The position numbers were made by a program, and so were the translations under genes. DNA of 63,049 nucleotides, counting the filler, from Albugo candida (taxonomy: Eukaryota), in the NCBI GenBank assembly GCA_040437565.1. It is 2 parts of 2 records of this genome, joined end to end, with 100 filler letters (N's around TTAATTAATTAA, not from the genome) between each part and the next. Parts side by side here need not be neighbours in the genome. Positions count along the whole stretch, not along the records: positions 31,995 to 63,049 come from JBDOQK010000099.1; 1 more part is not named here. The stretch is one strand, 5' to 3'. The notes beneath the pieces are model-generated. The model made no database searches. It was not told where the DNA came from and saw only the letters and a list, made by a program, of their open reading frames with translations. Shown here in pieces: positions 50,301 through 63,049 of this stretch; position 1 is the stretch's first letter; every line of letters starts with the position of its first letter.

Positions 50301-53300
50301 TACCTTTCTAACGCTCCTGCTCCATGAATTGAACTAGGGTCAGCGAGTTGAACCTCTCAGCAGGTTAGTATTTACAGAATCTCCGTTCGAGTATTTCACA
50401 AAATCATCGAACATTCTCGTAGTAACATACTGTATTCACACCCATGCTAACACGATAACTCGAATCCTGCGTGCTTCTGGATTTTTTGTATTCGAACTGA
50501 ATCTTCCTATATGACTTGCTTTGACGTATAGCTTCAGGTTGGCTGCATCGATATTGTGGAGATCCAAGTGAGTTGGATGAATAAATAACCAGCGTTTCAC
50601 CACAGGACCATGCGAAGCATAACTATTTGATTACTAGACAACCCGCATGTACACGGGAACCGACATTTTCTTGAAGTCTGTCATTTATTTACTCCTGCAA
50701 TCTAGAATCTTCGTAAACGATGTGGCTCTGATGCATATGTTAATATAGGAGCCGACAAGAAGGCGGAAGTATCCTATGTGCCGCTATGTCTTATAAGCAT
50801 ACTCACCTGAACATTATGCTATTGAGAAAAGCGAGCTTATTCGTCTCTCAAGGATCAAGTTTTGTATGCCAAATAAGCGAGCAGAAGCATGAAAGCGACA
50901 ACTTTGCAATAAGAGCCAGCGTTATCTTTTTGCAAGATCCAAATGAAATCGTCTGTTTTGCTCGAGGAGACGGAGGTTAATTTTCTCTCAGTTATTTATG
51001 AATTACTATACTATTCTAGAGAAACGTTTCGCGAGTTATTGTAGAGCACCATTGCTTGTGCGAAAAAGTGTCATTTTATGAGAAAATAAAATTATGTTTT
51101 TGAAATGTTGACTTTCATGTCGTGTCCGTGAAATGTTTCGACGCATTATATCCACGGAAGATCGTCCAGTTGGTTATATCGCCATTAAATTGTTCCGATG
51201 AAGTCTCGTGTATAATCAAAATATAACCTCAGATAACAGGCCTTTGACAAGACTGACCGAGCGATACGTGTGATGTCTCGAAATTTCGCGGAACGAACGG
51301 TCATATAATTGTTACTTGAAACACGAATAGTAATGGCACGTTTCTTGCTAGAACCAATTACATCATTTGTTTGTAGAAAGAAGAATCAAGATGAATTCCT
51401 CTAGCATCAATAAATCGTTGTTGACTGTTTAATCGAAAGATCAGACGACGACCATTCCACGTAGCCCTTGTATCTCAGTATGTGATGTCGTGCAAACTAA
51501 TTTCGATATAACATCTATTCACATTGTAAAATCATACAGTGTTAGACATGTCCTCTCCCTACATTGACTATATGCTGCATTTTTTTATAATCCATCGCTC
51601 GCGGTTATTAAACGTATAGTCGTACAATTCGGCAAAAATTTCCATATAAGTTCAAAAATCCCCGAGTTGTTTGTAAACATGTTTACCGAACATCTAGCTG
51701 TGCAAATTCGCAGAATTGACTTTATAAGCGTATACTAGTAAATGCGTCTCTTTGATCGTGTAATGTTTTGTTTGACAGAAAATCAATGCAGATGCAATTA
51801 AAGGAATAATAGAAAAGCTTCCTTTTTCAAAAAATACATGTGTTCTGGGTCTTCCGCATATTTCATTTGAAAGTGTTTGTTATAGTATGATACCAATATT
51901 GTTGACTTCGTTGGCCTCTACGCTATCTCCAGCAATAATTAATGTGGGTGATCTCTCTATCCCTTGATGGGTGGAAAATAGCATCCTGGTTTAGCATATA
52001 AAATCCATGAATCAAATAATCTAAATTGGAAATTGCAATAAAATAATGTTTAATGCAGAGATCTTTCTACGGATTCTATGCATGAGATATAAAGCAAGAA
52101 AAAATCCAACAAAACAATTCTGTCGGAAAATTCATCCATATTCGAAATACATCACGCCTGAGAGGTTCTTACGAAAGAAGCAGGTAGTTGAAACCGAACA
52201 GGAGAAAGATGTACTAGGGAAATCAAACTAAGTCATCATTTCAGAGTAGGTCAAGTGTAAAAACAGTAACCAAAAATCTTCTTTTACCAATGTTCGCATC
52301 GTCCCTAACAATTTATGAACGAGAACATGCGAACTTTGCAACGCGGTCCTCAAGCGTTCTCGTTATCTTGTATGAAGTTTTTTCTGAGATGCTGTCAGTT
52401 AATTCACTCCTGACCAAGTCCCCTCTATCAATATTGTGTCAGGCAATAATAGATTGCAGCACCTAGGGTCACGAGGCAATATGCATGGTCAACGACTGAG
52501 CACTGTGTAGCACTGTCAGAAAAATCTAATATAAGCGAACGAACTACTCATTTCGTGCATCAAGGTGTGATAATAGTTCTAATCTAGAATTCAAGTATAA
52601 AAGCCTGAGATCAGTAAATGTTGGTAAAGTAGTAGGAAGTTTTGCGAGATATACCCACCAGCTTTCTTTAGATACTTGTAAATTTCTATTATAGAAAAAA
52701 CAGAATCTACAATACGCGTAAGTAGCTGCGCTAGAAAGTATTGCAAAGTTAAACACCTGTTGAGGCTCTTTTGCGAGAGCTGCTAATATATATATATATA
52801 TATAGAATTGGATAAGGGGAGCTATCGAATGATTTTTTATTACATTGATTTAATGCAAATGTATAGTCTATTCAACCCCTTCATCAGCGACCGCTTGATA
52901 TAAAAATTGAATGCACTTGTGAGCAAACAAATATGAGTCTGGGTACAAGAAGTGCAAATGATACATTGCACATTACATAATCTATCTGCATTTCAGTGTA
53001 TGCTTGCATGTACAATAGTCCCTTGCCTACACATAATGCGTATTGCGAAAGCAACATAGCAATTACAGCAACCGGCTAACCTTATATTCGTCTGGCTTGA
53101 GACCAGTTAACTTTTTTAAAATGCCCATCAAGATGAAGTCATGCACCTGATTTACCTCAATTGTTTTCCGAGAGAAGGTAGTGATCTGTCTACCTAGCCA
53201 GACAAAATCTGTCTTGTCCTGCAGACCATCCGCCACATTAGCTTGAACAATGTTGCGACACAACGAGGTTCCATACCATTGATGGGGTAATATGACCAGC

Positions 53301-54704
53301 ATTCGAATCGACAAGCTGAACGTATTGAAATTAGCAATGGCTTCGCAATATAACATTTAAAAGCTTATAAAAATGGGAAGTAAGCTATTTTTCGAACTGA
53401 TGGGTGCAGAAACATCGATTATGCGCAGGCGCGTGCGATTCCAGATTACATTCTATGCAGCTTGATTATAGCAACCACCATGGTTCACTCTGACGATGAC
53501 ATAACATTGTGGTATAAACACGTCTTGAACACTGTAATAAAAAGTGGAGGAAAATGGAAGGGAATAAAATTCAAGCTATCATTCACATTTTGCTTTAAAT
53601 GAAACATGTCCAGTCGTCTTTTCATCTCTCATCTCAAATTACCTCCAAATAATCGATAAAGTATACGAGGAAGTAAGAAGAAAGGGTGTCGATGCACCAT
53701 CATCTTCAACTACTTGACTAGGCACACATAACAGGATTTGGAAAGATACAAAAAAAAGTTGCGGTGATAAGAGTACACAGTGATCTCAGACTGATGTGAT
53801 TAAGAATCGTCATAGAAAGAACGAAATAGGCACGGTAAGAATATCTCCGAGACAATATCACATTACAGAAGCGTAGAGGGTGTCTATTAGAGTGGTGGAG
53901 ACCTGATTTTTGATAGCAAATGCTCACAAGAGAGACCTGTAATATTTGATAGTATGTCACTTGACTATTTGTATAATTTGGAGTCATCGAGTATCAAATC
54001 TACAAAATGCTGATTTTTTTCTCAGCTCCTCCTACTTGCTATATGCCTTAATGTTTTCTTAGAATGTCTTCGTACACTATCAGAAAAGCGCTCGAATCAC
54101 TGCAAAGTTACTCGTATGATCAGCTCTCCATGATTTGAATGCATTGCATGCGGAAGGACTTTAAACAAGGCACCGTCCAAGCTCCATCCATTAAATTGTA
54201 CTATATATGTAATTAGGTTGATAGCCGCGAATCGCTTTAGAAAACCTTCCACTATCCATAATGAACTCTTTAATAGAGGTAGATGCATATTTTTATTAGG
54301 TTGGGCGAGTTAACGCAAGAAACAACTACGTCAACAATACAATCGTACGTTTTACCGCTACATCGTTTTTCCAAGTCCGCTTCTACGTAGTCCTAGTCAG
54401 CGTTTGATCGTTGGATCGAAATAATCACGCTTCATACTCTCATTCGATCTCTAGAACGCCGCTGCCAAAAGACCTCCAATTTACTTTTGCATCCTACGAT
54501 TTAGTCGAGCCGAGGGGGTCACAAATCATTATCAAATTTATCCTCCGATTCAATGCTTCTTTTAATAGTACAAATTTGGCTTTTCGCACTGCACTCTACA
54601 AATGGAGGCATCGACAAATTCCCTCGCGTTGTATATCATACTGTATAACCAGGAGAATTGAGTATTCAGATTATGGTTGTACAAACAACTCAGTCGCTCA
54701 GAAA

Positions 54705-55349
54705 ATGGGAAACCCCAGTTTTTTTGGAAAGGACGATCAGCCGACTTTTTTTGGATTAGAGAGGAGAGAAGTAGCTTTTATCCGATCAAAAATTCGCGGT
54801 GTGATCAACCAACGTGTTGGCGTTGATGCTTTTGTTTCAAACCTTGAGGAACGGATGAACAAGTATAATTTCGAGCTCAGAAGGTTCAGGTATGATCTGA
54901 TAAATAAATACAGTACGGAAAGTAAACAAAATGGTCATCTATACAATTCCAGATGGGACCTTGCTCACCACCAACCAAGTTTGATAAGATTGACATATAT
55001 ATTTTATTCTGAGCTCACTAGCTATCATGTTTGTCAATTTGACGGGAAGTCACTAGATCGTTCTATGGTTTGTGCGGAAGCTACATTTAAATCAGTACAA
55101 GAGAATCAGCAAGTGCAATTCAATCACGAACATCTTTCAATCTTTCTCCCGTCGTGGGCTCATGATGCTCTCATAGCTGCATTGATGAAAGAAGCACCAA
55201 ATTTGAAATTTGATGACCTCAATGGCTTTGATTGCGATGATATCAAATATGTCAAACTTCCGACATATGAATTTAAATTTCAAGGACTCAAATTTTTATC
55301 GACTAACACATGCCAATTATTTCAAGGAATCTATTCTACCCAAGAATAG
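54705..55349 (+). CDS. Hypothetical orphan protein (214 aa from first ATG; frame open from 54411)
   Basis: A 312-codon stop-free frame in AT-rich DNA where other ORFs are mostly ~120 codons or fewer; no recognisable domain. Confidence 0.4.
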   Translation: MGNPSFFGKDDQPTFFGLERREVAFIRSKIRGVINQRVGVDAFVSNLEERMNKYNFELRRFRYDLINKYSTESKQNGHLYNSRWDLAHHQPSLIRLTYIFYSELTSYHVCQFDGKSLDRSMVCAEATFKSVQENQQVQFNHEHLSIFLPSWAHDALIAALMKEAPNLKFDDLNGFDCDDIKYVKLPTYEFKFQGLKFLSTNTCQLFQGIYSTQE

Positions 55350-58319
55350 ATGCTTCCTGGCAGTGCAAAAATCCGAAAGAAACAATCTATGGTCACTTGG
55401 TGGTCAATTTATCAAAACTTACGAAACCGTGCTCTGGACTTCACCAGAAAAGCAAATTTACCTGAATATTATTTAGAATGTGACATTGATAGCTCCCATA
55501 TTTTAGCGAGTCGCTACAATTAAGCTCTTTCTTCTCGTCTGCACCTTGTTTCTCATTGCAGGAAGGAAATACTAATTTTGTCTCATCATTCGTCTGACTA
55601 ATGCGATACTAATTAGCGCCTCCCCACTCCGACCACAAGCTCACTTTTGTAAGCTAGATAAATACGGTCTAGGGTGATGGGTATCCAGAACCAATAATGG
55701 ATCGCAACTCAAATACGTTTGCTTGTATTGGACCGAAATAATTCTAAGGCTCTGTCAGGCTCGCGATCTTCCCAGTATTCTTTCTGTTGCGTTCAATAAC
55801 TACAGCTTTCTTAGTCCAAAAGGACAAATTGTGTATTACTGTCGATGACTATTGTGGCTCTCATATCATCCATTCACTAGCACATACTGTCGAGAATGCG
55901 ATGGCTTTTCGATCACTTGGCTTGACTTCTCCTACAGATATAAGTACTGCGTTTTTAGTCGTACTCTCTATCTACGCAAGTATTCGATATCCCGGAAAAA
56001 CGTCGCACAGATGGAAGATTGCGTCTAAAAAATGTAGACTTGTAGTGTCTGATTCATTATCCATATGAATTTGAGACAATTGTATTTAGAAGTTATCTAT
56101 AGTTGTGAACTCTTCTATCCGAATATCCCCATTTTGTTATAGAAAATCTTTCAAAACCCCGTTCTTCAACTAATCTTCTTTGATAGCCTTGCCACTTATT
56201 AACATTTTATGTCACAAGGTCTTCCTAGCCGCGTGACAATTAGCCATATTCCAGCACATGAATTCAAATATATTGGACTAAAGCAGGAATATATATTCTG
56301 GATGAGCTCTTCTTCATTTCTGCTACAAATCAGTGTTGCCGAGACGGCAAGAAAATCTTGATCATGACTGTAAGTTGAAGGCGCAGAATATCCACTTCTC
56401 AGCGATGTAACACAACTGGAGAGAATTGACATGGTATGAGTATACTAAAACACGCTTTCCACGCCCGCTCTATAAGCTCAATGGAACCAAATAAGTAAAT
56501 TCAGTTGCGGATAAAAGAGTATGGCGGGTACTTTCGTTGTGAATGAGCTTACGCAGAGACTATCAAAACGTTTCTAAGCCCTTCTCTAGCTTTAACATCA
56601 TTGCGATTGGAGTCATAAACTTATTCGTTTACGCGCCCAATGCAGTATCGACATGCGGCGTCCGAGGTATCATCCAACTGAAAGACAAGAGTTGAATGGC
56701 TGACAGAGTTGCTGTAAGGAATTCGATTTTTATTTGGGTAAAAGTCCAATCATTCTACCCATTTCATGCAAGCTGTCGAAACAAACGCAATAGTACCAGG
56801 AGATATAGTAAGGAGACTCTTTATATGAAATAATATGGTGATATCATAATGATAGGATGAAAAAACGAAAGATGACCCAATCAATCAAATCCCGGAATAA
56901 TCTAGCATTCTAAAGCCCATTTACCTCACGATATATTATTAATGTATCATTAAATTGAAGCGTTGAATGATTTAAATTGTTTTGAAATATGTGTCGAGCA
57001 CGGTAATCAATCAATGGAATAAAGCGAACGCTTCTCAACCTTCTCGAACCTTTTCTATAGAAGTATGCAACTTTTTTGCTTTCTTATGTCTCATGCAAAT
57101 GTTTTGGAAGTCAGAATACTTGCAAGTCGGACAAAGAGATAATTATTGACGTGAAAGAATCCGAGGATTCATCGTACTCCTTTTGAAAACACATTATGTA
57201 ATTGCTGAACGAACAGAAAAATGGTTTTATGAAACTGGTCATGATTGAGGAACATCACGTTCGATTGATTCGGCGAATCCGTCAAGGATGTCAATGGTCG
57301 CTTATCAATTACCAATCCAGTTAGCTCGACATGGGCGATGCTGATAAGTTACTCAATTCGTACTCAAATAGTGGGGGAGTAGATTCCCAACGAAATGCAC
57401 AGCTGCACCAAATCTTCTTTCCGAAATGTCACTGAAACTTATTAAGTGCTACCAGACGACAATGGGACTTCTCTTCCCTAAATTTTGTAATCAGCGGAAA
57501 ATACGGCCGATGTGAAGGAAAGAGAAACAGTCGAGAAGATTTCTTACGGAACTCAAGTGTGGAACTGACATTCCTTCTCTTTTTTTTCTTCAGTCGACAC
57601 GGATAAGAACATGAAAGAGATACTAGAATTGAATTTGTTGCCTGTATCGCACTCACACATGAAAACTCACATTTGATTAGTATCATGTGGCTGGAGTAGA
57701 AATCTTAATTGTCCGGAAAAAGTTTTGAATTACAAGCGCATTTCACGCTACTTCCACCTTCTTATGATCCCCATGATGCGTTAGTGATATTTCCGTTACG
57801 CAATGCACTCATCAACAGACACGACACCGTAAACTATTAAACATTGAGGATTTTTTTTTCACTCTAAAAATGTCTTTTGTGCGCAAATAGACCCCCATCA
57901 AGTTCGATTGAAGCCAATCAGGTTATTAATTATTCTGGTTGCCGTCATTACCTACCAACACAGAAGGCTCTCACCATCATCGAATATCACTATCCAACTC
58001 AGTATGGGGTTTAAAATGAATTCTTTTCTCAGAAGCTGGTCCATAACCGATGTATGGAGACGATAATGCGATCAGTAGGAGAATTAGAGGGTTTGAAAAC
58101 TATCAGCAAGGGCTCTTGCTCAAGTATCATATCCTTTTGATTCTTTTGCCACACGAAAGTCCTCACATGCTAGAATTTGACTCGAATATCGAGTTGCTTG
58201 TAATGTCCGTTGAGGCGTTCGTCTACATAATAAAGCAACAATTGTCGTAAACACTGCAGGGAATAGGAAGTCGCTTGACTGAAAGAAGGCAAAAAAGAAG
58301 TTAATATGTTATTCAAGAC

Positions 58320-61300
58320 TGTTGGGTTTTCTTTCTACGGCCTTCCTTGATAACGAAACAACCGCTACGGAACAGTCCCAGCGGAAGATATACGAAACCA
58401 CTCTTCAGATTCTTGGATCATTTCACCAAAACGTCCGATGGATGGCAATGTGGAGTCGTTACCTTCCAGCAATCCTTCTTCACTGTGCCGTGTTTCTGTT
58501 TCCTAAATACATGTCCTGATCCTTGCTCGTTTTGTGCATCAGTGAACATAGTCCTATCAATTGTTGTAGTCGACCAGCGCTAACTGCCTTCGTAAGCAAG
58601 TCAGCTTCTACCTCTTCGGTTTGCACATAAAATGGCTTTACAATGCCCCTTTTAGCATAATCTTTGATGAATTTGAGCTTAATGTCGATGTGCTTGGCTC
58701 GCGTCGAACTTTCTTCGTTTCCCATCTGTGGGATAGCTGCTTCATTGTCTATCTCCCTCTGCATAGTTCATTCTACGTTTATCCCCTGATCAACATTCAG
58801 CTGGAGTAATCCCAGGAGCTAATAGCCGGCATGTGAAGTCGACGTGAACTCCGCTTTCATAGTCGATAGCGATACTGATGCTTGCTTCCAGCACGTCCAG
58901 CCCACTATCATGTCATCAACACGGAAGATCGCTCCGCTTACCGACTTGCGGTAATCTTGATCCCTGCAAAGTCCGCATAGCTTGCGCTTGAAAGTTGCAC
59001 AGTAGTTATTTGCTAAGCCTGTTCTGTCGAAGCTGTACTTAACGTTCTTGGTTCCTTTCATATACCTGGAAATTATTTTGCTCAATTTCCAGTCGCTTAC
59101 CGTAGGATAATGGGCTCGACGCGTAGCTCGGGGCACCGCATACGCAATGTCCGGTCGTGTGCATCAACCCAACCACGACAGTGATCCCACGATTGCCTGA
59201 AAGTGTTTCAGTGATGCTGATCCAACTGGCCCATCCGCGGGCAGGATCGGGTCGGCTTCTCGAATGCCAGTATCATGATCGACCGTTTGGGTGTCCTAAC
59301 GTGGTGCGCATCTTGTAGACAGAACTTAGGTAGTAGCTCATTTATCATTTGTTCTTGGTCAATTCTATAACCATATTCCGTAGAATGAGTAAGTCGCATC
59401 CCTAAAACCTTGCTAACGACGCCCAAGTCCATTTATCTTGAGCGTTTCCAATTGTTTAGACACATCATCCACTCGAATCTTCGATGTCCTGGTCACCGAC
59501 ATCGTCAACATATACTCCGACGAAAGTCTTTCTATCGTAAGCTCCTTTGTAGTAAATGAACGAGTCTGTGACACATTGTACGAATCCGACACGAAGTAGC
59601 TTTGAATGTAGAAGTTGCGCCCAGAGTCTTCCAGCTTGTTTTAATCTATAAAGGCTGCGCTGGAGTCGAAGCACCACTTGTTTTATGTGCTGAGCACGAC
59701 AACGCTGTAGCTCCTATTCAATCGCTTTCCTTCCTTGTGGAACGTATAGGTAAATGTCCAAATCCGATTCAGTAGAGGCCTTGACATACGCATTAGACAA
59801 ATCCCAATGACGCGCCAGTACACCCCATATCTTGGAAAGGGCAAGAATAACCTTCCCAGTCATCATGTCCCTAACGGTGGCGAATGTTACTGTATAGTTT
59901 TACCAAAACACTGTTCATTCCCGCACGCCACCATGCGCGCTTTGTAGCGCTCGACGTTTCAACTAGCATCTTTTTTGTCTTAAACACCCAATTTGCGTGA
60001 AGAGGGCGCATTTCGTCCATGCGCTACCATTTCCCACGTGTCGCTGGCCTTTAGAGATTCTATCTCCGACTCAGCAGCGCCTCCCCACTCCACGACTTAT
60101 CACTATTCATGACTTCTCTTCAATTCTTCGGATCTGCACGATACACAGCACCTATAATCTCGCGTGGAGGGATCTTTGTTTCATTAAATCTCGTCCTAAT
60201 GTTCACTGCTGGCTGATTGACTGTAGCTTTATTCAGATTACTTGTTCTTCCGCCACGCTTGCCGTGCTTCTTGAAGTTTTTCGTTACCACTCGCAGCTCC
60301 TCGTGACGTGCAACATCGCTGGTTTTTTCTGTCCGTGTGTCACATAGAGCGTCCATCTCAGGTGCTGATTCGACGCTCATGTCAATAGCATCAGCGGTCT
60401 TCTTGTTGTTAGCTTCTTAGTCGTTGTCTTCATTTGTTTGACGAACAAGTTCCGCGTTTGAATACTAGCTGAGAGTCTTAGTATTTCTGATATGCTGCGT
60501 TCTTCGCACCACACAATCCTTGGTAAGCAGCCCCTTGTACCCTTTTTCGTCGCTCTTGTCAGTAATCTGTTCTTTCTCTCCACGTCGTTCGAGGATCTTG
60601 TGTTTGAGGTTCCGGATTGCGGTGCACGGGAAGCCAAAAAAAAACAATATCTGTCAGCTTTGGGCTGGAGCCCGTCAGAACTTTAATCGGCTAAGCACGA
60701 TTCTCATTTCCTCGCGTCCATCTGTGGTTGAGAATGCAGGACGCATATTCTGGAGCGTCAATTTGAAAACACAATGGCATCCCCGATCCAAAAATCATGG
60801 AGCGCACCATGTTCATTACTGTTTGATACGAACGCTCCGCCTTCCCGTTCTACGCTTCATTCCCCGCTTCCGATACCTGACGTCGCACTCCGGATTTTCA
60901 CAAAACGGGTCGACGACCCTGTACACATCTCCACCATCGGTGCGTAGGCCGTGAATCCTACAGTCAGAGCGCTTCTAAAAGGATACGAAAAAGTTCTCGA
61001 ATGACTTGGTCGCCATGTCCCTCGTTTTTGCCAGAAACACACGGCAGTAATTGCTTTGTAATCCACGAAATCAAATATCGGTTGGCGTGATTGGATCCTT
61101 GATATCGCTACAGATAACGCCATCCACTCGGTCGATAGAAGAATTCATTCCAGTATCTTTGATGTTATGCACGCTGGCTCTTCTTTATTCGCGAGAAAAA
61201 TGCAGCTCTATGGGTCGTTTGCCATCCTCTCAATGATTTTATAAGCCAGATGTGCAAATCGCTAGTGAAAAACTAGTAGACTTTCCGCTTGTTCATCGGG

Positions 61301-62466
61301 GATTCTTGAATTGACAGCTGCAGCGAGAGCTGAAAATATGCATTCTTCAGCTTTCCTGGCAACAAGTCCAACTACATCCTGGGTCACAACACGTACCAAC
61401 AATACGTTATTGTTGTCATAGTCATCACCAAAGATCCTGAAACCGTCGCTGCGTCGGACCATCGAGCGTGTGCTTCCATCATAAAGAAGGTCATAACCGT
61501 TTTCTTGGATTATTTCATACGAATGTTTATTCCACGGAGGATCTGCCGTGTAGTAGACGTCGCTAAGTTTGATGCGACGAAGATCACCATCGACGGGTAC
61601 TACAAAATCGGTGTTTCTTCTGAGCTGCATTTTCAGACTCTCTCCAATTGGAATCAGGTATTCTTCATCACATTCTTTTTTATTCTAAAGCTGTGATGGA
61701 GTCGTCACCTGGTGACGACTCCATCGACGATCAAAAATCCATTGGCATGTGGCGTCGACATTGTCTGCAACTGCCAGCGCAAAATCCTTCTTGACTTCTT
61801 GCTTGCATTCGTGTTTGTAATTATCTTCTTTTCCATACTCAAAGCAAGCAGGCACCTTGTTTTCTCCTTTGGCACTCTTCGATTTTTTAAGTCGTCCAAC
61901 ATTAGTGCTTTTAACAGCGGCCACCGTCGACTTACTTTCCAGGCTAATGCTTAGATCATTTAGCTGCGCAAAATCGACCAGTTCCTCTGCATGTCATAAG
62001 CAATCTTCACGCTAAGGATTTAGTAGTGCGAATAGCACGCCCTAAAAGTAACTCGAAGAACTGGCGAACTTGGCGATATTTACAAGAACTTGGTCCTGAG
62101 TACCACCGACAGCATCACTCAAAGCCATCAGGTACAGAATGTGATCATTCCACGATACACTTTCTTTTTTTCTTCGATGCGAAGAGCTTCAGCGCTTGTG
62201 ACTTCGAAATTTGCGGTCCGAACTTGGTTTTTAGTCGGTCTATTGAGAACTAAACTTGGAGGTTCTCCTCGTACCAGATGTCCACCTGGCTGTGAAAGTG
62301 CTGTTCAGCTTTACCGGATAGATGTCTACCCAGAATACCCAGCTTTATTTCTTCAGTCTGCATGCACTCACTGAGGTCTTCAGCGATCCTGAACTGCCGC
62401 AGGAACCGTTTCTTCCAGGATCCAAACCCTGCTCAAGACCTGGGTACACCTTATTGCCTTCGAAAC
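58320..62466 (-). mobile_element. Decayed Ty1/Copia element (gag to RNase H; putative 3' LTR ~58320-58511), 5' end replaced by a fold-back
   Basis: RNase H RAKHIDIK..ADLLTKA, KQASVSLSTMKAEF; RT SLYRLKQAGRLW, VGVYVDD; decayed zinc knuckle CFEYGKEDNYKHEC and PR WIFDRRWSRH. Confidence 0.88.
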
Positions 62467-63049
62467 TTTCGACGGCAATAAGGTGTACCCAGGTCTTGAG
62501 CAGGGTTTGGATCCTGGAAGAAACGGTTCCTGCGGCAGTTCAGGATCGCTGAAGACCTCAGTGAGTGCATGCAGACTGAAGAAATAAAGCTGGGTATTCT
62601 GGGTAGACATCTATCCGGTAAAGCTGAACAGCACTTTCACAGCCAGGTGGACATCTGGTACGAGGAGAACCTCCAAGTTTAGTTCTCAATAGACCGACTA
62701 AAAACCAAGTTCGGACCGCAAATTTCGAAGTCACAAGCGCTGAAGCTCTTCGCATCGAAGAAAAAAAGAAAGTGTATCGTGGAATGATCACATTCTGTAC
62801 CTGATGGCTTTGAGTGATGCTGTCGGTGGTACTCAGGACCAAGTTCTTGTAAATATCGCCAAGTTCGCCAGTTCTTCGAGTTACTTTTAGGGCGTGCTAT
62901 TCGCACTACTAAATCCTTAGCGTGAAGATTGCTTATGACATGCAGAGGAACTGGTCGATTTTGCGCAGCTAAATGATCTAAGCATTAGCCTGGAAAGTAA
63001 GTCGACGGTGGCCGCTGTTAAAAGCACTAATGTTGGACGACTTAAAAAA
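61883..63049. repeat. Near-perfect inverted repeat (palindrome) centred on 62466, running off the window
   Basis: Position x pairs with 124932-x. Mirror ORFs are identical (62026-62253 + / 62679-62906 -). One central base and one mismatch (62459/62473). Confidence 0.97.

Noticed and set aside
44340..54400. Many 60-120 aa ORFs and short (TA)n tracts
   Set aside because: Lengths expected by chance, many with non-ATG starts, and no recognisable motifs apart from the 49.4-50.0 kb candidate.
62026..62906. Mirror-image ORF pairs as duplicated genes
   Set aside because: Antisense frames of decayed gag duplicated by the palindrome.

Overview
Eukaryotic, AT-rich, gappy draft-assembly sequence. It is most consistent with an oomycete (inference: intron-poor CEP290, TTTAGGG repeats, oomycete-style Copia gag; Albugo-like but not provable here). 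Only one clearly intact conserved gene is present: a 2069-aa coiled-coil CEP290 homolog (22816-29025, +). Much of the rest is decayed transposons. At 2-12.5 kb there is a resolvable four-level nest (MULE > IS630/Tc1-mariner copy A > pogo > ITm copy B). A Copia element (13912-20571) has its 5' LTR split by a MULE (9-bp TSD) that itself carries a nested MITE. There is a third ITm copy (37542-40082), further MULEs, and a second Copia ending in a near-perfect >=583-bp-arm fold-back palindrome at the window end. Technical features include 100-N gaps with duplicated flanks and a TTAATTAATTAA contig-joining linker at 31895-31994, so the two halves may not be adjacent in vivo. Unexplained items are long decayed intronless ORFs (32.4-36.4 kb; 13.7-22 kb), a possible decayed CCG-like effector and an orphan ORF at 54.4-55.3 kb. 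I found no convincing novel multi-gene system. The best leads are the long-spacer (~DD127E) ITm family, the unidentified convergent ORF pair and the palindrome. Many ORF-track starts are TTG/GTG and are not meaningful for a eukaryote.
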